Shown: positions 37,213 to 50,230 of the stretch, one piece after another | How the letters are laid out: each line of letters begins with the position of its first letter | Numbering within the stretch: position 1 is the first letter of the stretch | Source of the DNA: Antechinus flavipes | Taxonomy: Eukaryota | Direction: 5' to 3' | NCBI RefSeq assembly: GCF_016432865.1 | Contig: NC_067401.1 | Coordinates: 443,486,001-443,550,000 of the forward strand | DNA length: 64,000 bases | Made by a program: the position numbers and the translations under genes | The notes under the pieces: generated by a model | Seen by the model: the letters and a program-made list of their open reading frames with translations, nothing else | Told to the model about the DNA's origin: nothing | The model's database searches: none

Positions 37213-40200
37213 TCAATAGAAACTATTCACAAAATATATTCAAAACTATCTTGGGGAGGTTACTGAGGGGGTGGAGTATCAAAATAGGGTCCTCCTTTGG
37301 GAAGTCACCCCTGAACTGGCTTCCAAGAGATAGAGGTGAAATTATGTGAAATCAGACACAGAAGAGAGATTATGAAAAGTCAGGAAGGCAATGGAAAGTT
37401 GTCTATCTGGAGCAGAAAGTCGGTCAGTTTGTCTGGATTGTTGAGTTTGTGAAGGAGAGTGATATCCCTGGAGAGGGAAGTGTCAGAACCACACTGCTGG
37501 GGGCTTTAAATATTAAATGGAGGAGTTTGTATTTTATTCTAGAGGAAAGCAGGACCCAAGAGAGCTTCTTGAGCTTTCATCAGCACTGTGCTTTAGGAAT
37601 ATGACTTCAGCAGCTGGAGTGCAAAGTGGAGTGAAAAGGGAAGAGACTGATCCATTGAGGGAACTGTCCATTATTGAACCTTCTCATTGCACAGTACAGT
37701 TTTTGCTCCTATTTTACCAAAATTTTTGCCCAACTTGAAGATTTCCATTAGTGCTTTTGATTCAAATAAGTTAATAAATATTAAGCCTCATTATGTACCA
37801 AGCACTGTGCTATGTCCTAAAGATTCAAAAAGAGGCAAAAGACAGTTCCTACCCTCAATCTATCTATCTATATAGCTGTTCATGATATTTATCAAATTTA
37901 AAGCCTGGGGAAGTAAAAAATTAAGTAGTGTCTGCCCTAACAATCTACTATATTTACAAATTCCATGAGTATCAATATCCATATCAATATAGTTCCCACA
38001 TACTCATCTGGCATCTTGAAGATAATTTAACATTTTATCAAAACTTAAGCTTTATTATAATAATTAGTGTAGTTTGTCACCAAGAGTGCTATATTCTCAA
38101 GCATTTCTTGCCCCTATAATAAAGACCTCTAGAGGACTATGTTTTTTTTTTTGTTTGTTTGTTTTTAGGAGTTTTGTTCTTGTCTTCCTCACAGTCAGTT
38201 ACCCTTTCTTTCCACTACCAATTAATAATACCCTCTTCTTCATCCATTTCTCTGTTTCTAATCTGACTAGAGCAGAAAACCTAAATAATGGAATTTGTTA
38301 CAATTGCCTACAAAGTAAGAATGAATAGATTCTGAGGGTGGATTTTCCTATAGAACAAAGTGCATAGATTTGGTACCCTTTATTCTGATAGCTCAGAGAG
38401 ACCGATTTTGCTCTGCTCCAGAGAATGAAATTGTAAGATAAGTGATCCCCAGATAAAGCAAAAGTTACTTTGGGTGAAATATTTGCAGAACCTCAGATGT
38501 GGGTTATTTTACTTTCTATTCCTCATCTTCTTCCTTTTGCTTTTGCTTTTTGGAATTATCCTTCTTTTTCTCTTCTCAATCATTTCTGTGGTTTTCTCAT
38601 CCCCAGAGTTAATGTATAGAAGTAAGAAAAAACCACCACAGAGGTAACAGAATCAGTTTGATTTTGATCATAGAGAAAAATGCCACAGATATGCAAATGC
38701 ATATCTGTGAGGCTCCTTCCTAAGGAACTCTAGGTATTTGTAAAATAACCAAATTTAGGAGTTTTGATCCTTGAGTCTAACCACTTCTCTTTGTGGATGG
38801 AGGAACTGAGAGTTGAGTGCTGAAATTTCTTGCTCAAAGTTAGTCAGATGTTGAGAGGCAAATCTGATTTCAAGAGCCCAGGACTTTTGGCTCTTAGTGA
38901 TTTTTCAATTGTATATTACAGGAGGTGGGAAGGAGAAGAGAAGTACTCTCCACCTATATTATTAGGTAATAAAAATAGCACATTATTCTGAACCCTCCTT
39001 GGAAACTCAGGGGTGTTGCAAAGTTTGGCACTTTTCACTGACAGGTTATTGTAAGACTAGTATAGGAGGTTTCTGGAGCTGTGGATACTACTGTGGAGTT
39101 CAAAAAACTCTAGTCAAAGAGTAGCATTTAACAATTAAGCAGATTTCCAATGTTTGACCAAAGCCATGCATGCTGCCTGGCCACTGTGGGCATTGGAGTT
39201 GGCTAGAGGAGGATGATCTGGGCTCAGATCTCAGCTCTGCCTACTCAGATCCCAGTTTCCTCATTTTCCAAATGAGGGTTTTGTGCCATTTGAACCCAAA
39301 GGTCCCTTTATATGTTCATATGAAATACAATTAACCTCATAACATTTTAGTTTCCATATTGCATGTAAATGTTTTATAGGAAGATGAGTTTCCAATTTGT
39401 ACTGATGGAGGGATTTCCTATGTCAGGAGCTTCCCTGCATGGATGAAATTATGCCCCAAAATATACATACAAGCATGTATATGAATACAAAGATATTTTA
39501 TGTAACTAATCAATTAGTAGAAAAATCCAAAGTTCAAAAAAAAATCTATCCATAAACTTGAACAAAAACAATTTAAGAGAAATGTTGCTTATGGAATGCT
39601 GATGATAGGACTGATGTGTTCAGAAATGCCTTTTCCCCCTACCATCCCAATCTTTTAGCAACAGGGAATAGCTGCTCCTAATTCCAGTGTCATTTAAAAT
39701 GTCCCTGGGCTTTGTAGCCAGATACATGAAATGATTTAATTGTTTTTCTACTTCAAAAGAGAAATGAAAACAAAGAAATAAACAAACAAAAAACCTTCCC
39801 ACAATTTAACTGCTTTTTCTAATTAAGCTGTTTAACCAGACATCATGGCTGGAAGGGAACCTCCTCATCTCACCTGCTCTAATTCTAGTTAGAACATCAA
39901 TATTCTTTCATCTCCCCTAAAAGGCTTCCTTGCTACTGGACTTGTTGCTTCCTAATCAATAAAACTCTTTGGCAGGTTGAGGAAGACTAATGCAATGACA
40001 TGTGAGAAGATAACACTTCTCAAAGAAATCTCCCTGAGACTTTTGTACTTTGAACATCTTCTATTTTCTTTGTTTTTCTCTATTTCTACCTCCACCTCCT
40101 CTCTTAGCATCCAATCATCCATCCACTCCTCAACTATCCAATCCTTGACTTCTTGAAGTGTCGTAAGTGTGAAATTTTTAATTAGCTGTCACCCAGAAAG

Positions 40201-40312
40201 ACCCAAGAGCTGCTAAGATGGTAGACAGCTTTCTGCTCTGAGAGCTTAGGGTGGGAAATATATCTGGCTATTGAGAGTGGCTATATGCCGAGTCCATTAA
40301 AAGCTTTCTTAC

Positions 40313-40396
40313 CTCATCTTTGTTGATCAGTCCCATTTTGGACATGTCGATGGTGAAGTAGTGGATGTTAGGAAGGCTGATTTCCATGTCTTCTAT
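40313..40396 (-). CDS. UOX: Urate oxidase exon 7 (84 bp)
   Basis: [28 protein letters not shown], with the PNIHY motif (catalytic Asn/His). Acceptor ttgatttcag, donor GAG|gtaaga. Confidence 0.98.
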
Positions 40397-40499
40397 CTGA
40401 AATCAATTCCATAACACAGATCATGGAGTATGATTGTTTGGAACTTTTATCCATCCACCCACTTTCTTTTACTCCCAACCTCAAATTGTTCCTGTTCAT

Positions 40500-40678
40500 G
40501 ACTTTTTGATAAGTCATTCCAGTCATGTCTGACTTTTGTGATCCTTTTGGGGGTTTTCTTGACAAAGATATTGGAATGGTTTGCCAATGCTTCTCCCATT
40601 TACAAATGGGGAAACAGAGACAGACGGGATGGTGACTTTTCCCTAGTAAGTGTCTGAAGCTACCCATCTGCTGTCCCT
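40500..40678 (-). mobile_element. Mar1 SINE, internally deleted
   Basis: cagtcatgtctgact...ttttcttgacaaagatattggaatggtttgcca. Confidence 0.7.
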
Positions 40679-41409
40679 CTAGTATTTGTAATATGTCTCT
40701 TTCTCTTAATCTGTCTTTTTGTCTGCTGCTATCTCATATTGCCCAAGTCAGCTCTTTGACTACTTATTGCATTTTATACTAAACATATTCAATTCTTTCC
40801 ACATAAGTCCCCAACCAAACTTTTCTGTAAACCACTCTGCCCACAACCTCTTTACATCTCCTCATATGTTTTGGTTCATTATAAACATAGATCCACTTAA
40901 GGGTGTGTTACTGGCTAATGATGACAAATTGTTAAATTTTCAGTGTGAGCTCAGAAATAGATTAATGCTACAAATCAGTGCTTGCTTGATTGTTTTGTTG
41001 ATTGCCTAGAAAGTGATCAAGAAAATGTTAATAATGCAGATTATACTAAAAAGTGTGTCCTCTGGGCTGACGCATTTATCAGCACATCCTTGGGTTTGCT
41101 CTGAGACCGGGATGTGTGTCATAGAAGGACTATGGATCACACTTACTCTAAATCAGTAGCAAACAAAAAGGAAGCAGAGTTTTTAACAAGAGTCAAGAAT
41201 AATGCTCTTAACCCATATTGCCAATTCTAGACATTTTCTATGCTTGCTTATTTTATCTTTGATGCACAGAATTATTAAGTTAGAGCAGGTTGTTTTTTAC
41301 CTAGTATTCAGTTTTTTATTTTATCTTCAAGATCTTTCTTAGGATGAGAGACTCCCCAGCAAGTTATCTCAATCTAAACTCTCCAAAGTGTTTAGTGAAA
41401 AAAAGGTAC

Positions 41410-41533
41410 CTCTGGAATTTGGCTCAGAGAGAGCACTTGAATATCATAGAGGGTCTTCTGAACTGAAGGGGAATATTCTCCTTTGTCGTACGGCCCAGCA
41501 AATTTTTCCAGGACAATATCCCGAACGCCATTC
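41410..41533 (-). CDS. UOX: Urate oxidase exon 6 (124 bp, phase 2/0)
   Basis: (W)[41 protein letters not shown], with the SPSVQ substrate-binding motif. Acceptor tgctcaag, donor GAG|gtacct. Confidence 0.97.
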
Positions 41534-41887
41534 CTTGAGCATAGAAGGAGAAATAATAGATTCAAGAGATAGCAATGCTGTGACCTTTTTCCCTTCAAAT
41601 TAAGATTTCATTAATAATGTCACTTCTCCTTAATATGACTTTACTTGTCCCTTCCTGTCTCCCCCCATAAGTCTCACTAGGGAGCTTAATATCATGCATG
41701 CTTATGCTTCTCATTTCCCCATGCAGTAAAGGCAAACAAAATTTTAGTCATCTGATAGACAATCAAATATGAGTCACTGGAAAGAAAAGAACTTTTAAGA
41801 ATATTAGAACATTGTAATATTTGGTTTTGCTTCAAAAATCTCATTACCACTACCTCTGTACATCTCGTCTCCAAATACCCGCTCCCC

Positions 41888-41889
<2 letters not shown>

Positions 41890-41970
<81 letters not shown>
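41890..41970. repeat. Compound (CT)n(CA)n microsatellite, UOX intron 5
   Basis: Two abutting perfect runs. Confidence 0.98.
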
Positions 41971-41972
<2 letters not shown>

Positions 41973-42429
41973 TCCATGGCTCCTGGCAACAATCTATCAG
42001 GCAACTTTCGTCATCTAGAGCATTTGACAATTGACGCCAATGAGAATTAAACTCCCTTGTCTCTCATCCTAGCAGTACTTAAGGAAAACAGGAAAAAAGC
42101 ATTTGACAACTTTGATCTTCCCATTCCTTTCCCCTAGTCTCCAAATTGTCTGTCAGCTAGTCTCCAAATTCATGACAAAAACTATGTTTTCCTTGCAAGT
42201 ATATTCTCCTATCTAAAACCCAATGTGGGTCTAAGTTTCTTTTAAAAACACATCTAACTGAAAAACGAGTAGACTTGCACATATATGCGCATACACATAC
42301 ATATCTACAGATAGATATGTATGTGTATGCACATATATACAGATATGCATGTATACATGTATGTATTTGAGATGAAATCCATAAAAAAAGAAGTAGAAAA
42401 GAAAATAGCCTTAGGTCATGAGACAGAAT

Positions 42430-42720
42430 TATAGAGCAGTAGTTGGTAGTGTCCAGACTATTTCTGCAGAGTTCAGTTCAGTTCTGGCTAATGTCTTTTT
42501 TAAAAGAGATTTTTAACAAACCAAAATCCATCCAGAAGAGAGTAACTGGAATGATGAGAAATATGGAAATCATGTCACGTGAAGAATAGTTAAAGAGACT
42601 GGGAATGGTTGAGCTGGAGAAGAAAGGACTTAGGAAGGACACAATGGCTGTCTTAAAGCATTTTGAAGGGCTATTTTATAGAAGATTTAGAGCTGAAAAG
42701 GACCTTTGGGGCAAAGTATG
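42430..42720 (+). mobile_element. CR1/L3 fragment
   Basis: gagttcagttctgg...ccagaagagagtaactggaatgatg...ctggagaagaaaggacttagg. Confidence 0.65.
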
Positions 42721-43178
42721 TCAGCATCTCAGAGGCTGTGTAGTCCAACCTAAATTCCTAAATTTAATACAATTCAATAAACATTTATTAAGCAACTACT
42801 GTATAAGTTCTCAGAAAACAGAGGTAAAAGACAGCCCCTACCCTCAAGAAGCTTAAAATCTAATAGGAACCAACATCCTCTCTAAAATGCAGACAAAAAA
42901 AATTATGTAATCCCCCTCCCTCACTTTATAATTGAGACAGCTGTGACTCAGGGTTGTTATATGATTTGCCCAATGTCACGTGAGTGTGACAAAATGGTAG
43001 CCAAAATTTGACCCCAGGTCCTTCTGATTACCCAGAAATTTTCCCATGGTGCCTCTGAAACACTTGTTCTGTGTTTTAATAAGAGGCAGACCCAGGAGTA
43101 ATGGGTATACAATACAGATCAATATATGGAATAACTTTTAAATAACAGGAGCTATCCAACTAGGAAATGAATTGCTTA

Positions 43179-43315
43179 NNNNNNNNNNNNNNNNNNNNNN
43201 NNNNNNNNNNNNNNNNNNNNNNNNNNNNNNNNNNNNNNNNNNNNNNNNNNNNNNNNNNNNNNNNNNNNNNNNNNNNNNNNNNNNNNNNNNNNNNNNNNNN
43301 NNNNNNNNNNNNNNN
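43179..43315. other. Assembly gap (137 N), UOX intron 5
   Basis: Run of N. Confidence 1.
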
Positions 43316-43494
43316 AGAGACACAAAGAGCAGAGAGAGAGAATGAGGATGTTTTGTTAAGTGTGTATATGTCAGACACCTCGAGATAATGGAGGAGGCTT
43401 TCCTTTATGAATGTGGCCTCTCTGGCCTCTTGGGGCCATGGATTCCAATCCAACCCTTGGACTAGGGGCTCAGTCTATGCTCCCGCTTCCTCAC

Positions 43495-43681
43495 CACACT
43501 GCCTCGAAGTCCACATTGCGGACCCGGTTGTAGCGCCACTTGCAGTAGACTTGGGTGGCAAAGCACCGGTCCTTCACTTCGGGAAGGGTTGTGAACTGGT
43601 CTTTGATGAAGCCTTCAAATCCAGACTGGGTCGTTTTCAAAATCTTCATGTCCTTGATGCCGGCGTGAATGGTTGGGGGTC
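43495..43681 (-). CDS. UOX: Urate oxidase exon 5 (187 bp, phase 1/2)
   Basis: (G)[61 protein letters not shown](W). Contains the uricase signature [10 protein letters not shown] and TLPEVKDR. Acceptor cctgaacag, donor TG|gtgagg. Confidence 0.98.
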
Positions 43682-44570
43682 CTGTTCAGGGAAAAAGAAG
43701 TGGAAAAGAGAAATTAAACTGGTAAAAGTCTGATCTCAGTGGAGAAGAAAAGTAGAAATTCTGGGGGTGTTGTAATTTTCACAAAACAAGCCTGCTTTGT
43801 CCCCAAACACTACTTTCTCCCAGACTCATCACATTGTGCATCTCCCAGGAGGCTTTGAAATTCTTAAATTAAAAATTTCAGAATAACCTTTTCAGAGAAA
43901 ACATTGTTCTCTCTTCTACAGCTTTGCTTTTATCTGTTCCTCTCTGTACAATATATTTCTTGCAGTACAAAGGCTCTGACTCTACCCCCAATCTACACCT
44001 GTATAGAATGAAAATAGGAGTGGGAAAGAGTCAAAAGCATCCTGAAATGAATACCCTTAATCCTCCATGCTTCTGTGCCCAAAGGAAGGCATTATATATG
44101 TTAATTAACATTCTGTATCGTTAGCAAAAAGTCTGAGGATGGAGAGACAGCCTTGTAGAGTATTATATGATATGATATGATATCATATTATATAGATATT
44201 ATATTATATATGTGTATACAGAGGCAGATGGTGTTTCCTCCTTAGAATGTAACCTCCTAGAGGGTAGGAACTTTTTCCCTTTGCCTAGTGTCTAGAAAAT
44301 AGGAGGCTTGAAGGAGGTTAGATTGTAAGAGGCTGACATGAGGAAGAATTCCATTCCAAGAATGGGGGTTGGGTAGGAGACAGATTATACAAGGCAGGAA
44401 GGTGAGATATGGGATGTAATGAACAGAAAATACATAGGCCATTTTATCTGAAATGTAGCATGTATAACACAGACTAACATTTAATCATCCTGAAAAGATA
44501 GGCTGAAGCTAGATGTTGGAGGGCTTTTAATACCACAGAAAAGTGTTTGCTTTTTATCTTAAAGAGACTA

Positions 44571-44714
44571 NNNNNNNNNNNNNNNNNNNNNNNNNNNNNN
44601 NNNNNNNNNNNNNNNNNNNNNNNNNNNNNNNNNNNNNNNNNNNNNNNNNNNNNNNNNNNNNNNNNNNNNNNNNNNNNNNNNNNNNNNNNNNNNNNNNNNN
44701 NNNNNNNNNNNNNN
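44571..44714. other. Assembly gap (144 N), UOX intron 4
   Basis: Run of N. Confidence 1.
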
Positions 44715-45639
44715 TCACATACCCTCTTATCCCCCAATTAAGGAAGCAAATAAATAAACAAAATCCCTGTTACAAGTACATATAGTCAAGCAGAATAAAT
44801 TCCTGCATTGATTGTGTAAAAATGTTTTTAAAAAACAAGTCTGGATCTGTACCATGAGAAGGTTTTGCTCATCATCAGTGTAGACAGAATGGTAAATGGA
44901 AAGAAAACTGGAATAAAAATCAGAAGATTTGAATTTTGAAGTTAGAAGATTTGGGTTTTAGGGAGCCACTGAGAATTCTTAAACAGAGAAGTGACATTTT
45001 TACATCCATGTTCAGGTCAAAATGATGAAGTGACAGGAAGGACTAACTAATGAATTATATTTTAATGAATAGGATTTCACCTAAAGGAATTATTTTACTA
45101 CTTCCCCATCTCCAGCCAAGGCCCACAAGTCCCGTTACCCCTCAATGCTGTTGATCTAAAAAGCTTAGCTGGCCCAGGCAACTTCGAGTCTTGAAGATAA
45201 ACCATTTCTTTCCAAAATGCTATTGGGATTTCAGAAGAAATTAATTCAGAAAATGGTTCTCTTCAGGCTAAATAGGTCCTTGACCAAATTCCCTCCATGG
45301 GCAAAGGTGACTAGATTGGGTTACAAAATAAAGGCTCCCATCGGTTTATCTTTATTGAATGTTAAGTAGCCTTTTCTGAAGACCATCAGCAAACATTTAC
45401 TTAAGTACTCACTAGGTGCAAAACATAAAAAGCTCGTGGACCCTGGCTAAATTCTAGTTACAGATTTTAATAGCATAGTGATTTATGTTCCCTACACAGG
45501 TTTAATTGAAGTGGTTCAATAGATACTGCTCTGCACTCAGGAGTAGCTGAATTTCAGTAAAAGTGGAATAATTACCATTTCACATTCCTCTCTGTTACAT
45601 CCTATGGAGAACAATGTTGGTTTAGTAAATATGTATTCA

Positions 45640-46990
45640 TATTTATAGTGTTCAATGTAGTGCTCTAGTCTGAACAAGACTGGAAAGAATAGATTTTTTT
45701 TTTAAATCCCAAATATGTATGACAATCCACGATAAAGAAAGGATAAAAGCAGCAAGGAATAAAATGTTCCTGGGCCCCTTCTGGTTCAACATTTTTATCA
45801 ATTACTTGGATGAAGGCACAGTTGTCATGTTCATCAAATTTGTAGGCAACATAATTCTGAAAGCAATAACTAACACATTGGATTCAAGAACCAGGATCCA
45901 TCAATATTTCCATGGGGTACAATGATGGAGTCAAGTCAAGGGTGAAAATTACTAGGAAAAAATGTAATGTTCACTTGGGTTTAAAATTGTAACCCTGACC
46001 GGGTAGAAAAGAGGTCTTATGGCTGGAAAATATACCATTTAACAGTGATGTCATAAGAAGGGAAAACTTGGGAAGACTTAAGAGTTCTGATGTATGCATT
46101 CATCAAACTTGATTCCAGAGGACCAATAATGAAGAATATTACCCATCTTCTGACACAAAAATTATGGATTCAAGGAGCAGAATGAAAATAGATTTTTGGA
46201 CATGGGCAATGTAGGAATTTGTTTTAATCGACTAACTATGCATTGTTGTTATAAAAGTTTTATTTTTATTTTTCTATATTATTTCTCTGATGGGTGGTAG
46301 GGAAGGAGGAAGAAAAAATAATTGTTAAGTTGAAAAAAATTATTTTTTTTAAAATAAAAAAGTATTAGGATTTTTAGCAAACTGTGTATTTGATGTGTAT
46401 TTAAGGTATTATGCTAGGATATAAAAATGTAAAAAGTTGAGGTGATTTTGGATCATGTTATTAGAGGAAAACTATGTGGAACAAAGGAAAAAAATAGTTC
46501 TTCTCTACTCTCTCTCTGTATGAAACATGACCTGAAAGTCAGTTCTGGATTTTACATTTTAGGAAAACATTCTAATAATTTGAGCTATCTCAAAATTAAA
46601 TGGGATCCTTTGGGAGGTAGTGAGTTTTCCCTCAAAAGAGATCTTCGAGCAGATGCTATATGACTACTTGATTGTTATATTCTAGTGGGAATGCCTTTTG
46701 GGTACAGATTAGGTTAACTGGCTGCTGATGTGTCTTCCAACTCTAATATTCTGTGATTCTCTGACTGCGTGCAGGACATTGAGAAACTAGAGTCTGTCCA
46801 AAGGAAGGTTACCAGGGTGGTTGAAAAATTTGAGACTATGTCATTCAGTATGGGTTGCAGGGACTGGGAATAGTTGTCCTTAGGGAGGAATGACATGATG
46901 GCTATCTTTGAATAGTTGATGGTTTGTCATGTGGAAGGCAGATTGGACTAATTTTGCCTAGACCTAGAGGGCAGAACTAAACTGAAATTT
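45640..46990 (+). mobile_element. Cluster of CR1/L3 fragments with an L1 3' piece (about 46090-46370)
   Basis: ggttcaacatttttatcaattacttggatgaaggc (RT), and gacattgagaaactagagtctgtccaaaggaag. Confidence 0.6.
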
Positions 46991-49670
46991 CAGATGAGAA
47001 AAATAGAATATCACCATCTGCCTATCTCTTGCTTATAACAGAATAAAAAGTGGTTTTTAATGCCTTGGGAAAGAAAGACTTTTCTAAACACCAGAACAAT
47101 TTTAATTATCCTTGTCATCATCTGCTTCTATACAAAAGCTCAATCAATTTAACTTCCATCTAAATGATACCTAGCATCTCTACAGAGAAGTCTACCAATA
47201 TGAAGCTTTTCTCTTGCTTGGATTCCATATTCTTTTCTTAACTTAATATGAATCAGAACAAGTCTGTCCAGTAAATGGTCTTTCATCTATCTACTTCTGC
47301 CTGAATATTTTACAAGTTCTTCCCTTTCTTTGGGTGATCTTTTACTAGAATGATTTGATGTAGACTTAAAAATATCCCACTTCCTGCTATTTGTACCTTC
47401 TTCAAGGGTGTTAAATATGGAAGCAATTAAATTTCCTCATGACAGGACTTTTTTTTAATGGCTCAGGGAAAGCTTTGTGCTTTGTGACACCTGATGTGTA
47501 GGTTAAAAAAAAAAAAAAGGGTTTGTTTTCTACTAACTCTCAGTGAGTTTCTTTCCCTAAGAGAACGAAAGAGTAGAGTATATGGTTCTTTGGGAAAGAA
47601 TTTTCAATCTGGTAGGTTAATGAGCGTGTAGGAGGAATACTAAATGTTAGGGAAAATTATGTTGCAGAAAAATTGAAGCGCTGAAAATTCTTTCTCTTCT
47701 TCCTTTCTCCTCCATTTTCATCCCCATGCATTACTCCACAATCATTGAGGGAAACCTGAAAAGCTGATTAAGTGGTTTCATGGAAATGTAACCCAGAAAA
47801 AAAGACAACCCTTTTTGGGGGGTTGAGTTGCTTCTTGTTTGCATAAATTTGAATACTCTTTGAGTGTGTGAAGCGTAATATTTTCATTGGCGGGTCTGTA
47901 GACTAAAAAGGCTCCAACTCAGGCATTGTGCTAAGAGTTGTGTTGCTGCCAGTAGAGAAGATAAAATAAACTCCCTGATTTTATCTGGGATTCTTAATGT
48001 CTGCCAAGACAAGTTCACACACACACACACACACACACTTTTTCCCTAGATGAATATGTCAGAGTCATGAGGGTTCATTCCGCCAAAAATGTGGTAATAG
48101 TTAATTGTCTCTGGGAATATAAGCCATTTTTTTCTGTGCAAAACTGAAGCCAAAACACATTTGAAAACACAACTACTTTCTCCATTTTCATAATGTATCA
48201 GTAAAGGAAAGATTTCAAAAGAACTGAGGAGGACAAATACCCCCATGTGTATTGTCAATTGGTGCCAGTGTTGGAGGCAGGTCTAGATTTTACACTGGGG
48301 ACCTTTGGCAGAACCAGGATCAGCTCATTCTACTTACAATTGGATGAAATTTTAAAAATAGTTTATCACACATCGAGTGCAAATCACCAAAGGCAGAGCC
48401 TAGAGCTGGAAGAGAACTTAGCATAGTGGAAAAGAGTGTTGGATTTGGGATCTAAGGGACCTAGGATCAGAACCTATCTCCACGGCTTACTATTTGCATA
48501 ATCTTGAGTCAGTAATTTTCTCTTTGGGACTCAGTTTCCTCCTCTATCAAATGAGAGGGTTAAACTAGATGACCTGAAACTCCATCCCAGTTTGAAATCT
48601 ATGATTTTATAATCCATCTGGTCCAACCCATAGCTAAACAGACAGATGAATGGTCATCCAACTTTGACTTGCTGCTGTCTAATGATGGTAAACCTGCAAT
48701 CTCCTAAAATGGTTTTTAGTGGTTAAATAGATCAGATGAATGAGTGCATTATTATCTCCTTATGTAGGGAAACAGTGAGGATTTGTTGTTGGAAGATATG
48801 CACATTAATGCAGCTACGTTGATGAGCATGAGTGTCTGAAAACAACAGACATACCTTCTTTACTTAATTTTTCTTCTAGATCCTAGCTTATTTATATTCT
48901 CATTGCAGAGAATCTTGGGAGCAAAGCTTAATTTGGTATACTAGCTTTGCCAGTGGTCCTTTGGATTTAGGAGGAGGAACAGATTCCCAAAACTGAATTT
49001 TGTAGACCCAGGTTTGCAATGAGAGATATAACTATATTATAATGAATTTTCTAAACCACATTTTGTTGGGTTTTGTTAGCTTCCTGAGTAGGTATAGTGA
49101 CCATAAGGTCTATTTGGTGCTAAAGAACATTAGTCTGACTTTTTCAGGGAGAGGTTCTCTAGCTGTTTATAACTCAGCCCCATCTCTCTTTCTTACCCCC
49201 TTCTGCAGTCTTTGATCCAAGGTAACTGGCCTTCTCCCTCTATTCCTCACACACAACCCCTCATCTCTCCTCTTCAAGCCTTTGCACTAGCAGGGTCTTA
49301 AGCTTAACCTGCATTCCCTCTTCACCTGTGCATAATCCACTCTTCTTTCAAGATGCAGTTGATGATGACCTTCCACACAAAGCCTTTCCTAATGTCCCCA
49401 ATTGACAGTACCCCTTTCCAAACTACCTTTTATTTTATGCATAATTACACTTATTACAAATGTATTACAAATTATAAATATATTTATTCTATATATAATT
49501 ATAGGGGTCCTTTTTTCCCCTGAGAAGAACTGAAGCTCTTCAAAATAATGCCTGACACATAATAAGTTTTTACTATATTTTTTGTTAATTGTTTTTGATG
49601 AACAATAAATTGTGATATAAATGAAAACTATTATTTTCCAAGTGTAAAATACTGAGAGAAGGAACTGTTT

Positions 49671-50230
49671 ATGGAGCAGTATGAAGAAATGGTCAGAACA
49701 GTGACGAGCTATTATAATAATACTGGAGGAACATCATTACATGAAGTAACAAGGGAATTCCTGGTGACATTAGGGATGGGAAGCCCCCAATAGTGGAATC
49801 TACCAATAGGGTGGAATCCCAGTGCCACAAATCAACCTATGGTTAATACTCATGATACCCTTAGGCACAATTTTCAGGGGAAACATTTCTATCCTTTGTC
49901 TCACCTACCAAGACATGGTAACCAAGTTACTTTGCAAGCCATTGGGCAGATGCCCAGTTGGTCTATGGAATAACCCTAGACAGCCATGAAATGTGAGATC
50001 CCCACCCTGATAAAACCATAATTCCTTCCAGTGATAGTGTGCCAGCACAATCCAGCCCACACTCCCTATGTGTCTATGGGCACCATGGTTAGCACTTTCC
50101 CCATGGATGGCAGAGATTTAACTGCCTTTGTTATTAAGGTTAGGCAGCCTTGATTCAAGTCATTGGCAACTGTTCATGCTTTCTATAAGGTAAAGAAATC
50201 ACTTGAAATGACTAAAACAAAGATAATAGA
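49671..50230 (+). other. Decayed frameshift-free reading frame; candidate endogenous bornavirus-like nucleoprotein (EBLN) element
   Basis: About 187 codons from ATG with 5 internal stops. Collinear by-eye similarity to bornavirus N residues ~160-317 (see findings). Not verified by any search. Confidence 0.4.

Noticed and set aside
41692-42030. ORFs with CVCV/ERER/SLSL/THTH repeats (also 15711-16025, 34341-34613, 55834-56196, 63681-63932)
   Set aside because: Translations of microsatellites.
43407-43733. 108-aa + strand ORF in a GC/CpG-richer patch
   Set aside because: It is the antisense shadow of UOX exon 5. Its 9 CpGs in 187 bp are not far out of line with the other exons, so this is not a CpG island or a second gene.
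36269-44785. ORFs consisting largely of X
   Set aside because: Artefacts of translating assembly gaps.
49800-49990. Resemblance to filovirus VP40 (ATN.P.V...PL..L.R.GNQ..LQ) and morbillivirus M (GGTSLH)
   Set aside because: Single short blocks. The conserved VP40 motifs SYTIT and RVNRLG.GIP are absent, and the spacing to other blocks is inconsistent.
49790-50180. Gypsy/ERV integrase-like motifs on the minus strand (GLDCAGTL, N.ASA..LAK.L, DKG..F..KL...FHP)
   Set aside because: These need a frameshift plus a deletion, lie in stop-rich frames, and the catalytic Glu block and HHCC finger are not found. Kept only as the main alternative to the EBLN hypothesis.
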